A stretch of 64,000 bases of DNA from an uncultured Collinsella sp. Lineage in GTDB: Bacteria; Actinomycetota; Coriobacteriia; Coriobacteriales; Coriobacteriaceae. The stretch covers positions 3-64,002 of the forward strand of contig CAJKZP010000001.1 in assembly GCA_905204415.1 (NCBI GenBank), in the 5' to 3' direction. Below, piece after piece: positions 27,898 to 37,797 of this stretch. Each line of letters starts with the position of its first letter. Within the stretch, counting starts at the first letter, position 1. Both the position numbers and the translations under genes were made by a program. Under the pieces are notes generated by a model that did no database searches, was not told the DNA's origin, and saw nothing but the letters and a program-made list of their open reading frames with translations.

Positions 27898-29290
27898 ATG
27901 GACGCTATGGATACTCAGAGCCCAACATATTCCGATGATGAGCTGACCGCTGCGCTCGCCGGACACCTGGCGTCACTTGAGCGTGATGACAGCTATTGCG
28001 TAGACCGTGTGCTCAAGCACTCCGACGTCGAGACGACCGAGCTCGTGTACTTTGAGGGCTCCGGCGGAGGATCTCTTGGTCCCTTTGTTCGCAAGCGCAT
28101 CGACGCGTCGGCCCAGATTGGCGGGGCGTATGAACGCCTGTTTGCGGCCCAGCACGCCGGGCGACGTTACGAGCACTTGCCTCGGATTGTCGATTGCCAC
28201 CGCGTGGGCGACGAGCTTTGCGTGGTCATGGAATACATCGAAGGCGAAACGCTCGGGGCCCTGGTGGGACGTTTGGGTGCAACGCCCGATTATGCTTGTG
28301 AGCTGTTTGGCTCCCTTTGTGATGCAGTTGCGGAGCTCCACGCCGGCTTTGCGTCGGCGGGGGAGATGGCTGCGCCGGTGATTCATCGCGACCTAAAGCC
28401 CTCGAATATCATCGTGTCGGGCGCGAACTATACGCTCGATACAGGCCTGACGTTTTCATCGCTGGTGATTATCGACTTGGGAATCGCTCGCGTGTGGAGC
28501 CGATGCCGATACCGTTAAGTTTGGCACGCGACCCTATGCGCCACCCGAGCAGTACGGTTTTGGCCAGACGAGCGTGCGAAGCGATGTCTATGCGCTCGGT
28601 GCCCTGCTGTTCTTTTGTCTGACGGGGGCCGACCCCAAGCCGGGTCGGGACATGCGCGAGCAATGCGAGGCATGTGACGTTCCCGCCTCGCTTGTCGATG
28701 TTATTTGCATGGCGATGGCGCTCGATCCGGACAAGCGCTTTGCAAGCGCGAAGGCACTAGGGCACGCTGCACGCGCATCGTATGCGTTGTCCGCATCGAC
28801 GCCATCGTCCGCGCCGAATGCTGCTTCCTTCCAAGAGCCTCCGGAGCGGCGAGTTGTGTGCCCTGCGCCCGTGCTCCCCGCAGATCAGTATCAGGGTGGA
28901 TTGCCGATGGTGCCTGAGCGCCCGAATTTACTCTCCCGCATTCCCGACACCGTTGGGCGCATTTGGAACGCATTCATCTATCTTTCGCTACTTGTTTTCT
29001 TTGCCGGAAGCCATTTTGCCGTTTTTCATCCCACGGGCGTCAACCAAAACTACCCGATATGGTTTCTCGCGGTTGAGTATTTTGTCTTCGTCGACGGTTT
29101 CGTAGCGCTCATTCATTTTGTAATGCTCGATAAACGCCGCCTTCGCCGGCGGTTTGAGCTACTCGATAGATATCGCGGTAAAAAGCTTGCAAAGCTCTGT
29201 TTCAAGGCTATGGGCGTGCTCTTGTTGGCAATGATTATCATTGTTGCCATCGCAAACGCGACTGGCGTCGTCGATACCTCCGTCGCGTAA
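27898..29290 (+). pseudogene. Membrane Ser/Thr protein kinase interrupted by a frameshift at about 28497
   Basis: First frame carries VMEYIEG, IHRDLKPSN and IDLGIAR; the activation segment GTRPYAPPEQYGFGQ...SDVYALG continues in another frame from about 28499 into ORF 28574-29290, which ends in TM helices. Confidence 0.8.
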
Positions 29291-29294
29291 AAGA

Positions 29295-29319
29295 AAAAGG
29301 GCCCCGATTGGGGCCCTTT
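29295..29319. terminator. Bidirectional terminator
   Basis: AAAAAGGGCCCC-gatt-GGGGCCCTTT. Confidence 0.7.
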
Positions 29320-29329
29320 GACGTTGATC

Positions 29330-30463
29330 TTAGATGCGGTTCATCTGGGTTGCAACCTTGTTGTACCAGTCCTGCCACGTGGGCGGGCAGTACTTTTTGG
29401 CGGCTGCCGGGGTAAGCGTGGAGCCATAGTTGGCGCCCAGGTAGGCGACGTGGGCAGAGACGCCCTCGCTCCAGCTACCAAAGCTCCGCCAGCCGCCGCC
29501 ACGGGCGCTCCAGCCCCAGGCGTTATAGGAGCCGGCACAATAGAGGCCCTTGCTGCTCTCGACGCAGGCGATGGCAGGGGACCAACGGGGGTCAACACCG
29601 GTGTTCCAGGCTGCCACGGCAAAGTTGTGACCCTGGCCTGCCATGGGGGAGCCGGCAAGGTAGTTGTCGATGCGGCTCGTCCACTCGTTAATGAACGAGT
29701 CGTAATCGGAGTTACCGCTGTTCGAGCTGTTCACCGTGGTGTCGATGGTGGTGTTGGCGTTATTGGCCTGGCTGTTGGAGTTGTTGCCGCTCACGCCCTC
29801 GCCCGAGAGCTTCTCGGCGGCAGCGGCCTTGTCTGCCTCGAGTTTGGCCAGCTCGGCGGCATTTTCCTGCTCGGCTTTTGCCTGGGCTTCGCTGCGAAGC
29901 TGCTGGGCCTGTGCCAGTGCATCTTCGGCGGTTTTCTGCTCGGCCTCGAGTTGGGATTTAGCCTGTTCAAGCTCGGTCTTGTTCTGCTCGAGCTCGGTCT
30001 GCATCTTGTTGAGCTCTTCGATCTCATCGACGCTCGAGCTTGCGATCTGGTTGGTGTACCTGCAGGTGGTGATGAACTCGCCAAGGCTCTGTGCGTTGAC
30101 CAGGAAGCTCACGATGGGATTGGTGCCCTTCTGGTACTTATACAGATCGCGCATGGCGGAGCTTGCCTTTGCCTGCTGATCGGGAAGCTCGGCTTCGATC
30201 TGCTCGATGCTTGCCTCGTTGGTGTCGATTTGCTTTTGCAGATCCTCGAGCTTGGTGCGGGCCTCGTTGTAGGCGCTCGTGGCGGCTTCGATCTTCTGCT
30301 GGGCGGCGGAAAGCTGATCCTGCGTTGCCTGCGAGGCGGCATAGGCCGCGACGGGGGAGAGCATCGGCGTGGCCGTCAGCGCAACGGCGAGCGCGGCGCT
30401 CGTGATGATACGAGCCGGCCTCGACGCGATGAACGCTGCGGTGCGATGGTTCGAATGCTGCAT
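29330..30463 (-). CDS. Secreted coiled-coil protein with a C-terminal lysozyme/glucosaminidase-like cell-wall hydrolase domain (PcsB/CwlO architecture)
   Basis: Signal peptide ending AYA, long heptad region and C-domain IDNYLAGSPM...DPRWSPAIACVESSKG...NAWGW...KYCPP. Confidence 0.75.
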   Translation of the reverse strand: MQHSNHRTAAFIASRPARIITSAALAVALTATPMLSPVAAYAASQATQDQLSAAQQKIEAATSAYNEARTKLEDLQKQIDTNEASIEQIEAELPDQQAKASSAMRDLYKYQKGTNPIVSFLVNAQSLGEFITTCRYTNQIASSSVDEIEELNKMQTELEQNKTELEQAKSQLEAEQKTAEDALAQAQQLRSEAQAKAEQENAAELAKLEADKAAAAEKLSGEGVSGNNSNSQANNANTTIDTTVNSSNSGNSDYDSFINEWTSRIDNYLAGSPMAGQGHNFAVAAWNTGVDPRWSPAIACVESSKGLYCAGSYNAWGWSARGGGWRSFGSWSEGVSAHVAYLGANYGSTLTPAAAKKYCPPTWQDWYNKVATQMNRI

Positions 30464-30696
30464 CCAGTCCCTCTGCAATCAATCGTAGGTTATGGTTCGA
30501 ACGGTATTCTACTACTGCTTTCGACCTCAACTTGAACCTTAAAGGTTCTAAAGGGTCAAGTTGAACTTGAGGCTTTGGCCTTGACCTGCAGTTATAGTGA
30601 ATTGTTGAGAAACCATAGAGTTCAACTTTAACGTTACGGAACCCTATCGAAGCTCGATTTAGAGCTGAAAAAGCTGCCTCACGTGGGGTTTTGCAA

Positions 30697-30850
30697 CTAT
30701 AGGGTTCCTTCGCGGCGAGCCCGCTCCACCTCTTTAAGTGCTTCAGCAGGGGTGAAGGAACAGGTGCCATCGCCAAGTTTGACTACCTGGATATCGTCCC
30801 CGGTATGGACCTCTCCGCCGTGAAGGACTACGCCAAAGATGCCCTCGTGG
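30697..30850 (-). pseudogene. 3' remnant of a MOSC-domain gene
   Basis: EGIFGVVLHGGEVHTGDDIQVV resembles the MOSC C-terminal motif; no N-terminal part or credible start. Confidence 0.55.
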
Positions 30851-30989
30851 GGAAAGAAGGGCCCCGGCTCGTTCAGTCCGAGTCGGGGCTCATTGCGCTT
30901 GGTTGCAGTTGTTGCACGGCTGGACTTACGGGGAGAGCTGACGTTCGCCCAGAAAAAACCGACCAAAAAGCCTGTCCCAAATTGGCAGG

Positions 30990-31736
30990 TTAGAACAGGA
31001 AGCCGAGGACGATGAGGGCAATGCTGACAATAAGTATGGCAATGTCCAGGCCCTTGATGGGGTAGCGCTTGTACGAGCTCGCGCGCGTGCGCAGGTAGAA
31101 GCCGCGCTGCTCGGCCGCCAAGGCCGTGGCATCGGTTTTACCCACGCTCGAGATCAGTAACGGCACGCACAGCGGCAGCATGAGCTGAAGCTTCTTGATG
31201 GGGTTCTTGGTGTCATACTCGATGCCGCGTGCGGTCTGCGCCTCCATGATGGCGTTCATCTCTTGGCCAAACACCGGCACAAAGCGTAGCGCCGTGGTAA
31301 AGGTGAAGGCGTAGCGATACGGCACGTGCAGTACCTCCACGCAGGCGTTGGCAAGGTCGTTGAGCTTGGTCACCATGAGCATCAGAATAAGCGGAAGCGC
31401 CACGCCCAGCAGGCGCAGGCAAGCCTTGGAGCCGGTGATGAGACCCGTGTCGGTAACGAAGCCCCACACGATGTTGCCATCGCGCATAAAAGCCAGCTGC
31501 AGCACCAGCATGATGAGCGCGAGCGGAATCAACAGCCTGAGCAGCGCGAGCAGGCGGTCGACGACGCCGGCGTAGGCTCCCAGCGCGAGCGTGAACGCCA
31601 GAAAGCCCAGCAGTGCCACATAGGTGTCGGACAAGAAGATGCCGATGATGATGGCGGCGGCGAGGCCCAGTTTGATGACGGGGTTCAGGCGGTGTAGCAG
31701 CGTGTCACCCGGCATGTAGTCGATGACGTTAACCAC
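30990..31736 (-). CDS. ECF transporter transmembrane T component
   Basis: LHRLNPVIKL, ALRFVP, EAQTARG and AAEQRGF. Confidence 0.9.
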   Translation of the reverse strand: MVNVIDYMPGDTLLHRLNPVIKLGLAAAIIIGIFLSDTYVALLGFLAFTLALGAYAGVVDRLLALLRLLIPLALIMLVLQLAFMRDGNIVWGFVTDTGLITGSKACLRLLGVALPLILMLMVTKLNDLANACVEVLHVPYRYAFTFTTALRFVPVFGQEMNAIMEAQTARGIEYDTKNPIKKLQLMLPLCVPLLISSVGKTDATALAAEQRGFYLRTRASSYKRYPIKGLDIAILIVSIALIVLGFLF

Positions 31737-33480
31737 GGCGGACCATCTCCTCGGTAATGCGAACGATATCAGTGACCTCACTCACCTGTGTAAAGGCGGG
31801 CGAGACGGTGGATGCCAGACGGCGCGAGAGTTCGATGACCTGGGGCGGCTCAACGTAGGCACGCTGCATGAGCTCGATGTTCGAGAACAGCTCGTGCGTG
31901 CGCCCGCGGTCGAGGATGCGGCCGTTCGCCATCACCACGATGCGCTCGGCAAAGTCGGAAACGACTTCCATGTCGTGACAGACCATGATGACGGCGCAAC
32001 CGCGCTCTGCCATGGTGCGCACCGTTTCCATCACGGTCATGCACTCGCGGTAGTCCAGGCCGCTCGTGGGCTCGTCGAGCACCACGATCTTGGGTTCCAC
32101 TACCACGACGGAGGCCAGCGCCACCATCTGGCGTTGGCCGCGTGACAGCGAGAACGGTGCCTCTTCGGCGGGCAGGCCAAAGCGGTCAATGACGAGTCGG
32201 GCGCGACGCAGCGCCTCGGCACGGTCGATGCCGGCAAGCTCCAGGCCAAAGGCGACCTCGTCGAGCACGCTATCCTTGCAAATTTGACGGTCGGGGTTCT
32301 GGAAAAGCGTTGCCACCTCGCGTGCGATGCGGCTTGTGGGAACCGATGCCGTGTCCAGGCCCGTAACGCGCACGCTGCCCGATGCGGGCTTGAGCAGGCC
32401 CGTGAGCAGCTTGGTGAGCGTGGTCTTGCCGGCCCCGTTTTGGCCGACAATGCCCACGAGCTCGCCGGGGTAGAGCGTCAAGCTGAGGTCGTGGACGGCG
32501 GCGCCGCCATGGGGGTAGGAAAACTCGACATGGTCAAACGTGAGCACTGGCTCAGCGTCTTTCGCATGCGGGCGCAACGACGGTGCGTGCGGGGAGCCTG
32601 CGGGCGCTTGGGTGCCGCTTGCCGCGCGGTCGGGGTCGACGATACCCATGATCAGCTGCTCGGCCTCGTTCACATCTAAGCAGGGCGCACCGCTTGCCAG
32701 GCCATCAGCCTCAAGGTTGTTGAAGATGCGTGTGACGCGCGGACAGTCGACGCCGATGGTGCGAAGCTCGTCGGTGTGCGCGAATACCTCATGTGGCTCG
32801 CCTTGCAGCGCGATCTTGCCGCGATCGAGCACCAGCACGCGGTTGCAGTACTCCGAAAGCAGGGCGACTTTTTGCTCAACGACAACGATGGTGATGCCGA
32901 GCGCACGGTTTGCCTCGCGCAGCGTCTCGAAGACCAGGGTGGAGCTGGCGGGATCGAGTGCTGCGGTGGGCTCATCGAGTACCAGGACGCGCGGGCGCAT
33001 GGCGAGGATGGCGGCGATGGCTGCCTTTTGCTTTTGGCCGCCCGAGAGGGTGGCAATCTCGCGGTCGCGCAGGTCACTGATGCCGACGGTCTTGAGCGTT
33101 TCACTCACGCGCTGTTCGATCTGGTCGTGCGGAACGCCAAAGTTCTCGAGGCCAAAGAGCATTTCGTCCTCAACGACCGAAGCGACCATCTGGGTATCGA
33201 TGTCCTGCAGCACGCTGCCGACGATCTGCGATATGTCGGTGAGCGAGACCTCGCAGGTGTCGTGGCCGTCAACTAACACGGAGCCATAAAAGGTGCCGGT
33301 GTAGTGGTGAGGCACGGCGCCCGACAGGCAGGCGGCGAGTGTGGACTTACCTGCGCCCGAGGGTCCGATGATGCCGATGAATTCCCCCTTGTCCACGCTG
33401 AGCGAGACGTGGCTGAGCGCCTGCTCGGTTTGCGTGCCATAGGAGAACGAGACATCGTCGACGTTGATGATCGTTTCCAT
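31729..33480 (-). CDS. ECF transporter fused double ATPase
   Basis: GPSGAGKST, LSGGQKQ, LDEPT; GQNGAGKTT, FQNPDRQ, LSRGQRQ. Confidence 0.92.
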   Translation of the reverse strand: METIINVDDVSFSYGTQTEQALSHVSLSVDKGEFIGIIGPSGAGKSTLAACLSGAVPHHYTGTFYGSVLVDGHDTCEVSLTDISQIVGSVLQDIDTQMVASVVEDEMLFGLENFGVPHDQIEQRVSETLKTVGISDLRDREIATLSGGQKQKAAIAAILAMRPRVLVLDEPTAALDPASSTLVFETLREANRALGITIVVVEQKVALLSEYCNRVLVLDRGKIALQGEPHEVFAHTDELRTIGVDCPRVTRIFNNLEADGLASGAPCLDVNEAEQLIMGIVDPDRAASGTQAPAGSPHAPSLRPHAKDAEPVLTFDHVEFSYPHGGAAVHDLSLTLYPGELVGIVGQNGAGKTTLTKLLTGLLKPASGSVRVTGLDTASVPTSRIAREVATLFQNPDRQICKDSVLDEVAFGLELAGIDRAEALRRARLVIDRFGLPAEEAPFSLSRGQRQMVALASVVVVEPKIVVLDEPTSGLDYRECMTVMETVRTMAERGCAVIMVCHDMEVVSDFAERIVVMANGRILDRGRTHELFSNIELMQRAYVEPPQVIELSRRLASTVSPAFTQVSEVTDIVRITEEMVRRG

Positions 33481-33500
33481 GGATACCTTTCATAGTCATC

Positions 33501-33540
33501 GGGGACGTTCTTACATGACTGGTCGTTTAGGAACGTCCCC
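33501..33540. repeat. REP-like palindrome inside the ECF operon
   Basis: GGGGACGTTC-N20-GAACGTCCCC. Confidence 0.6.
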
Positions 33541-33586
33541 AAATGCTCGTTGTTTGGGACAGTCTTTGGTGGTAAAGCCGGGCAGG

Positions 33587-34162
33587 TTAGTTGAGCTTAA
33601 GGGCCTTCTGGATGGGCAGGTAGAGAGCGCCGACCAGAATTGCGTTAAACACGGCGGTCATGGCGACGACGGGCAGCATGGCTGCGGCGAGCTCGCCCAC
33701 AACGCCGAGCATGGCCATCTTGATGACCATGAAGATGACGCCCGAGACAAAGGTGGTCACGAATGTTGCGACGATGGCGATGACGGGCTTAACCTGGCCG
33801 TCCTTGGCGGTGGCGTTGACAATGACGGCCATGAGCATAGCGGCGATGCCCTCGGCGGCAAAATCGACAAACGGCGAGGTGGTAGTGATCTGGATCACGG
33901 CCGCCGAGATGAGACCAATGACGAGCGCCTGGCCAATGTTGGGACGAACGACCAGGATGGTGAGGCAGAAAGCCGAGATGATGAACTCGGGGCTGATCAT
34001 GCCGCCCGAGATGCCCGAGATTGCCTTGCCGACGGTGAAGTTGAGGATGAAGCCGGCGGCAAGCAGGATGGCGAGCAGGACAAGGGCGCGGATATCGAGT
34101 TTGCCGCGGTCGGCGGTCTGGACGGTGCGGGGCTGGGCGGTGGCGGTGGTGTTCTGAGACAT
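33587..34162 (-). CDS. ECF substrate-binding S component, TrpP-like (tryptophan transporter)
   Basis: About 6 TM segments; GGMISPEFII resembles the TrpP PDF motif; GAAAGGA RBS; preceded by a Trp-codon leader peptide. Confidence 0.75.
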   Translation of the reverse strand: MSQNTTATAQPRTVQTADRGKLDIRALVLLAILLAAGFILNFTVGKAISGISGGMISPEFIISAFCLTILVVRPNIGQALVIGLISAAVIQITTTSPFVDFAAEGIAAMLMAVIVNATAKDGQVKPVIAIVATFVTTFVSGVIFMVIKMAMLGVVGELAAAMLPVVAMTAVFNAILVGALYLPIQKALKLN

Positions 34163-34240
34163 GGTGAAAGTCCTTTCGAAATGGGGAGTGTAAGAGAAAA
34201 ACGGAGGCGCGTGATGCGAATGCGATCGGGCTCGAGATAG

Positions 34241-34271
34241 AAAAAGGCCCCCGGTCGAAACCGGAGGCCTT
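34241..34271 (-). terminator. Attenuator terminator
   Basis: Minus strand AAGGCCTCCGG-tttcga-CCGGGGGCCTTTTT. Confidence 0.85.
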
Positions 34272-34307
34272 CCAATCACCTAGAGCGCAAAAACAGGCGT
34301 GAGGGAC

Positions 34308-34376
34308 TCACTTTCGACCGATCGTATTCGCATCACGCCACCACCAGTTGTTGAGGGACTTCATCGTGTTCATCAT
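34308..34376 (-). CDS. Tryptophan attenuation leader peptide MMNTMKSLNNWWWRDANTIGRK
   Basis: AAAGGAG RBS, three tandem TGG codons, followed by antiterminator and terminator. Confidence 0.85.
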   Translation of the reverse strand: MMNTMKSLNNWWWRDANTIGRK

Positions 34377-34571
34377 CTTGGTGGCTCCTTTCGTGATGCC
34401 TTGGCGCGGTTGCACCTCATTGCTGTTGCGCTGCACTATAGCACAGCGAAGTGTGTGCGGGGAAATCTTTTTTTGAAAAGATTTCGGCGGCGTTTCCTGC
34501 CGGTCAAAAGGGCAGGCTGAGCGGGCGGGATGACTCATGCGATCCCGCCCGTCTCTCGGAACGTGAGGGTC

Positions 34572-36371
34572 TTAGGCCTTCTTGCGACGATAGAGCACGA
34601 AGCCGCAGACACCGATGATGACGATGGCGCCAACGGCCATGGCGGCCATGTTGTTGCCCTCGGACTTCTCCTCGGTCGCCTCTTCCTCAACCTCGGGCTC
34701 GGCAACGTCCTCATCGGAGAGGGCCTCGTCGGCGTAGGTGATGGACTCGACCAGGCAGTCGTTGTCGGCATCGTAGTCACTCGGGACGAACTCCTCGGAG
34801 AAGTCGCCCTCCTTGAGGTAGTCGCGCATCTCCTCGAGCATGGCCTTGCACTTGACGTAGGTGTTCTTGGTCGCTGCCTTGCCGGCCTTGTTGGCCAGGG
34901 CGGTGCGGGCCTCGGTGTCCTTGGCGGCCTGCATGGCCTCGTCGACGGTCAGGTTCTGCTCAATGAGCTCCTTCTGCAGGGCGTCGAGATAGGCGCGGAC
35001 GCCGGTGGCGCAGCTGTCGCGGTTCTCATAGGCAAGCGTGTTGATGTCCATGAGAACGTAGTTGATGGAGTTCTTGGGCTCCTCGTTGTTCACGACGTCT
35101 TCCTCTTCACAGTGATCAAAGGAGACATCCTGATCGCTGAAGTAGGGGCTGACCTCGGTGAGCAGTGCGGAATAGAGGGGGATAGCGACGGAGAACTCGG
35201 CGTTGGAGAGCATCTCCCATTGGATGGTCGCGATCTCGGGGTCCATGCCGTGACGGATCTGGAAGGTGTGGATCTCGGTGTTGCGGTTGGAGCCGATGGC
35301 ATAGGCGCCGTCGGTGTTGGCGTTGAGGCCGGCGACATTCTCGCCGCGAGCGGCGAAGGAACGAATCATCTCAAAGGTGTTCCAGTCGGACTTGCCGGGC
35401 GTAAAGAACAGCGGCTGCATCTCGTGGACCAGGGCGCCGGTCGTCGCACGAGCGTCTTCGCGCTCGTCCTTGACGATCTCGTAGTCGGTGCCCTCGGCAA
35501 GCGGAGCCATGAAGTAATCGCGGCCCTGGACATAGCGCGACCACTGGTGCATACCGGCCTCGCTAATCTCCTCGCCGTAGGTCTTGGCGACGTCGAACTT
35601 GCCGTCGGTGTACTCGGCAAAGCCCTTCTCCTTAGGCATGGACTCGATGCCCTCGGAGTGGAGGCAGTTCTCGGTGTCGTCGAGGTCGACGTCATAGGTG
35701 AGGTTGCCGATGTTGGGGTTGAGCGAGGCGATATCGTCGGTGAGCCTCATGGCAATCCACTGATGGCCGGAAAGCGCTGCAAACAGCCAGGTCTCGTTGT
35801 TGTCGGCGATGATGATCTGGTCGTTGGAGCAGACGCCCTGCTCGTCAATCAGGTTGCCGAGGAGCTCGACACCTTCGCGGGCCGTGGCACTCTCGCCCAG
35901 AATGACGCTGGCGTAGTTGTACTCGCCGATGCCGGTCTCCTCGGTGACGGGGTCGGCTTCCTCTGCCTTCTCGTTATAGGAGGTGCTCAGCGTGGCAGAG
36001 CAGGAAACGCCCTTCTCGTTGATGCCAGCCTCGGAATATGCGTCGTAACGATCTTCCCACTGAGAGGGGTTGTCGCGAACGAAGGTGTAGCGGTAGGTTG
36101 CGCCCTTGGACTTGTATTCAAAGCCGGACTCGACCGAGGTGTACTTGCTGCCGTCCTTGTGTGCGGGCTCGATGCCAAAGTGCTTGACGTAACGCGGGCC
36201 GAAGTCCTCGGAGCGGCCGTAGTACGTGTTGCCGTCTGCCGTGAGCTGGCTGCCCATGTAGATCTGGGTGCAAGCGAGCGCCGAAGTCGGCATAGCCATA
36301 ATGGCCGCTGCTCCAAATGCAAGGCCGCAGCCAAGCTTCTTGAGCGTGTTGACAGGATGAGTAAACCTCAT
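34572..36371 (-). CDS. Surface-anchored C69-family (PepD-like, Ntn-hydrolase) dipeptidase
   Basis: Signal peptide ALA followed by CTQIYMG (N-terminal Cys nucleophile), GRSED, EAGINEKGVS and AREGVELLG; C-terminal TM plus RRKKA. Confidence 0.85.
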   Translation of the reverse strand: MRFTHPVNTLKKLGCGLAFGAAAIMAMPTSALACTQIYMGSQLTADGNTYYGRSEDFGPRYVKHFGIEPAHKDGSKYTSVESGFEYKSKGATYRYTFVRDNPSQWEDRYDAYSEAGINEKGVSCSATLSTSYNEKAEEADPVTEETGIGEYNYASVILGESATAREGVELLGNLIDEQGVCSNDQIIIADNNETWLFAALSGHQWIAMRLTDDIASLNPNIGNLTYDVDLDDTENCLHSEGIESMPKEKGFAEYTDGKFDVAKTYGEEISEAGMHQWSRYVQGRDYFMAPLAEGTDYEIVKDEREDARATTGALVHEMQPLFFTPGKSDWNTFEMIRSFAARGENVAGLNANTDGAYAIGSNRNTEIHTFQIRHGMDPEIATIQWEMLSNAEFSVAIPLYSALLTEVSPYFSDQDVSFDHCEEEDVVNNEEPKNSINYVLMDINTLAYENRDSCATGVRAYLDALQKELIEQNLTVDEAMQAAKDTEARTALANKAGKAATKNTYVKCKAMLEEMRDYLKEGDFSEEFVPSDYDADNDCLVESITYADEALSDEDVAEPEVEEEATEEKSEGNNMAAMAVGAIVIIGVCGFVLYRRKKA

Positions 36372-36679
36372 GATCCCTCCCAACTGTTGAAACCCCGCGA
36401 AATCGTACGGAGCTTCAGCTAATAAATACATCTACTAGCCTAAAGGAAGTTTAAAGAGTATTCATTCGACAATAGCTTTTACTCGATGAGCGTGAAGAAA
36501 TATACGATGAGCGGATAATAATACTCATTATATGGCTTTAGTTAAATAAAGGCACCCTGCATTTACTATAGCTGAATAAAGCGCCAGACAGTGCTCAAAA
36601 AGGAAACTCTCCCGCTGTTTAGGATTTGCATAAACAACGGGAGAGTCGATAACTGGATGAATATCATACCAATGTGGAT

Positions 36680-36772
36680 TTACTTCTTTCGGCGGTGAAT
36701 CACATTGATGGCGTAACCGACGAGCATGGCCAAGACGATGACGATAAAGCCAATCAGGGGATTGTCGTTCAT
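36680..36772 (-). CDS. Unannotated 30-aa single-pass membrane protein MNDNPLIGFIVIVLAMLVGYAINVIHRRKK
   Basis: AGGAGGA RBS overlapping the stop of the lipid kinase gene; one TM helix followed by a basic tail. Confidence 0.65.
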   Translation of the reverse strand: MNDNPLIGFIVIVLAMLVGYAINVIHRRKK

Positions 36773-36781
36773 GGGGTCCTC

Positions 36782-37699
36782 CTATTTTCCGAGCGGTGAA
36801 AATTCGTCGACGATAAGATCGAGGCATTGCGGCAGTGCGCGGGCGCCAAAGACGCCGGAGTTGCTGGAGATGATCTCGCCATCGAACTGCATGCCCAGCG
36901 GTGGCGTGCAGGTGATCTTGGCTTCCTTGGTCTGGATGATCTTAAACTGCGGACGGCCGAGCAATTTGCCAGCGGGGTCGAGCGCGGCGGTAATTACCGT
37001 GGGGAGCAGCTGCACCGTGCGTACGGGCTCAATAACGACGATGTCGACCATGCCGTCGTCCATGCGGCAGTTAGGGAATAGGTTGATGTCGTTTTGGATG
37101 ACCGAGGTATTGCCTGCCATGCAGCAGATGCCGTCGAGCTCCTCGACAATGCCGTCGTGCTCAATGGTGAAGTGTGCCACCGTGGGGTTGGGCGTAGCGA
37201 GCGCGGAGAGGAAGTAGGCGATCTCGCCAATGTCGTTTTTGGTGGGAGCGGCCTTCATCATGATCTCGGCGTCGAAGCCCGAGCCGGCGATGATGATAAA
37301 GCCGTGGCGCTTCTCGTTACCGTTCTCGTCGAGCCAAAAGAGCTCACCCATGTCCACCTTGACCGTGCGGCCGGCGCGGCAAGCCTTGGCGAGTGCCGCC
37401 GCCTCGGGGGCATTGCCGATGTTGTTAAAGAACAGGCAAGCCGTGCCGGAGGGGAAGACGAGCGTAGGGACACCGCACCCGCGCATCTGGTCGAGCACGT
37501 TGGAGACGGTGCCGTCGCCACCCGAAACGACCACGCGATCGAACTCACGAACGTCCGCTACCGCGTCCTCGGGCTCCATGCCATCGCCGATAAAACGCAT
37601 CACGACCTCGTCGCCGCCCTGTGCAAGGGCGTGCGTGAATGCGAAGATTTCATCGGAGCTGGGACCCGATGCCGGGTTGTGGATGATAAGGCAGCGCAT
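36782..37699 (-). CDS. Diacylglycerol/lipid kinase family protein
   Basis: HNPASG, SGGDGT, PSGTA, GSGFDA and QFDGE. Confidence 0.9.
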   Translation of the reverse strand: MRCLIIHNPASGPSSDEIFAFTHALAQGGDEVVMRFIGDGMEPEDAVADVREFDRVVVSGGDGTVSNVLDQMRGCGVPTLVFPSGTACLFFNNIGNAPEAAALAKACRAGRTVKVDMGELFWLDENGNEKRHGFIIIAGSGFDAEIMMKAAPTKNDIGEIAYFLSALATPNPTVAHFTIEHDGIVEELDGICCMAGNTSVIQNDINLFPNCRMDDGMVDIVVIEPVRTVQLLPTVITAALDPAGKLLGRPQFKIIQTKEAKITCTPPLGMQFDGEIISSNSGVFGARALPQCLDLIVDEFSPLGK

Positions 37700-37797
37700 A
37701 CTTACGTTCCCGTTCTGTGACTAACCGAGTATAGTTGTAGAGCAATGCCGATATCCTACCCGTGTTTTTCGGGCCTAACCTTATTCGATGGGTTGAT

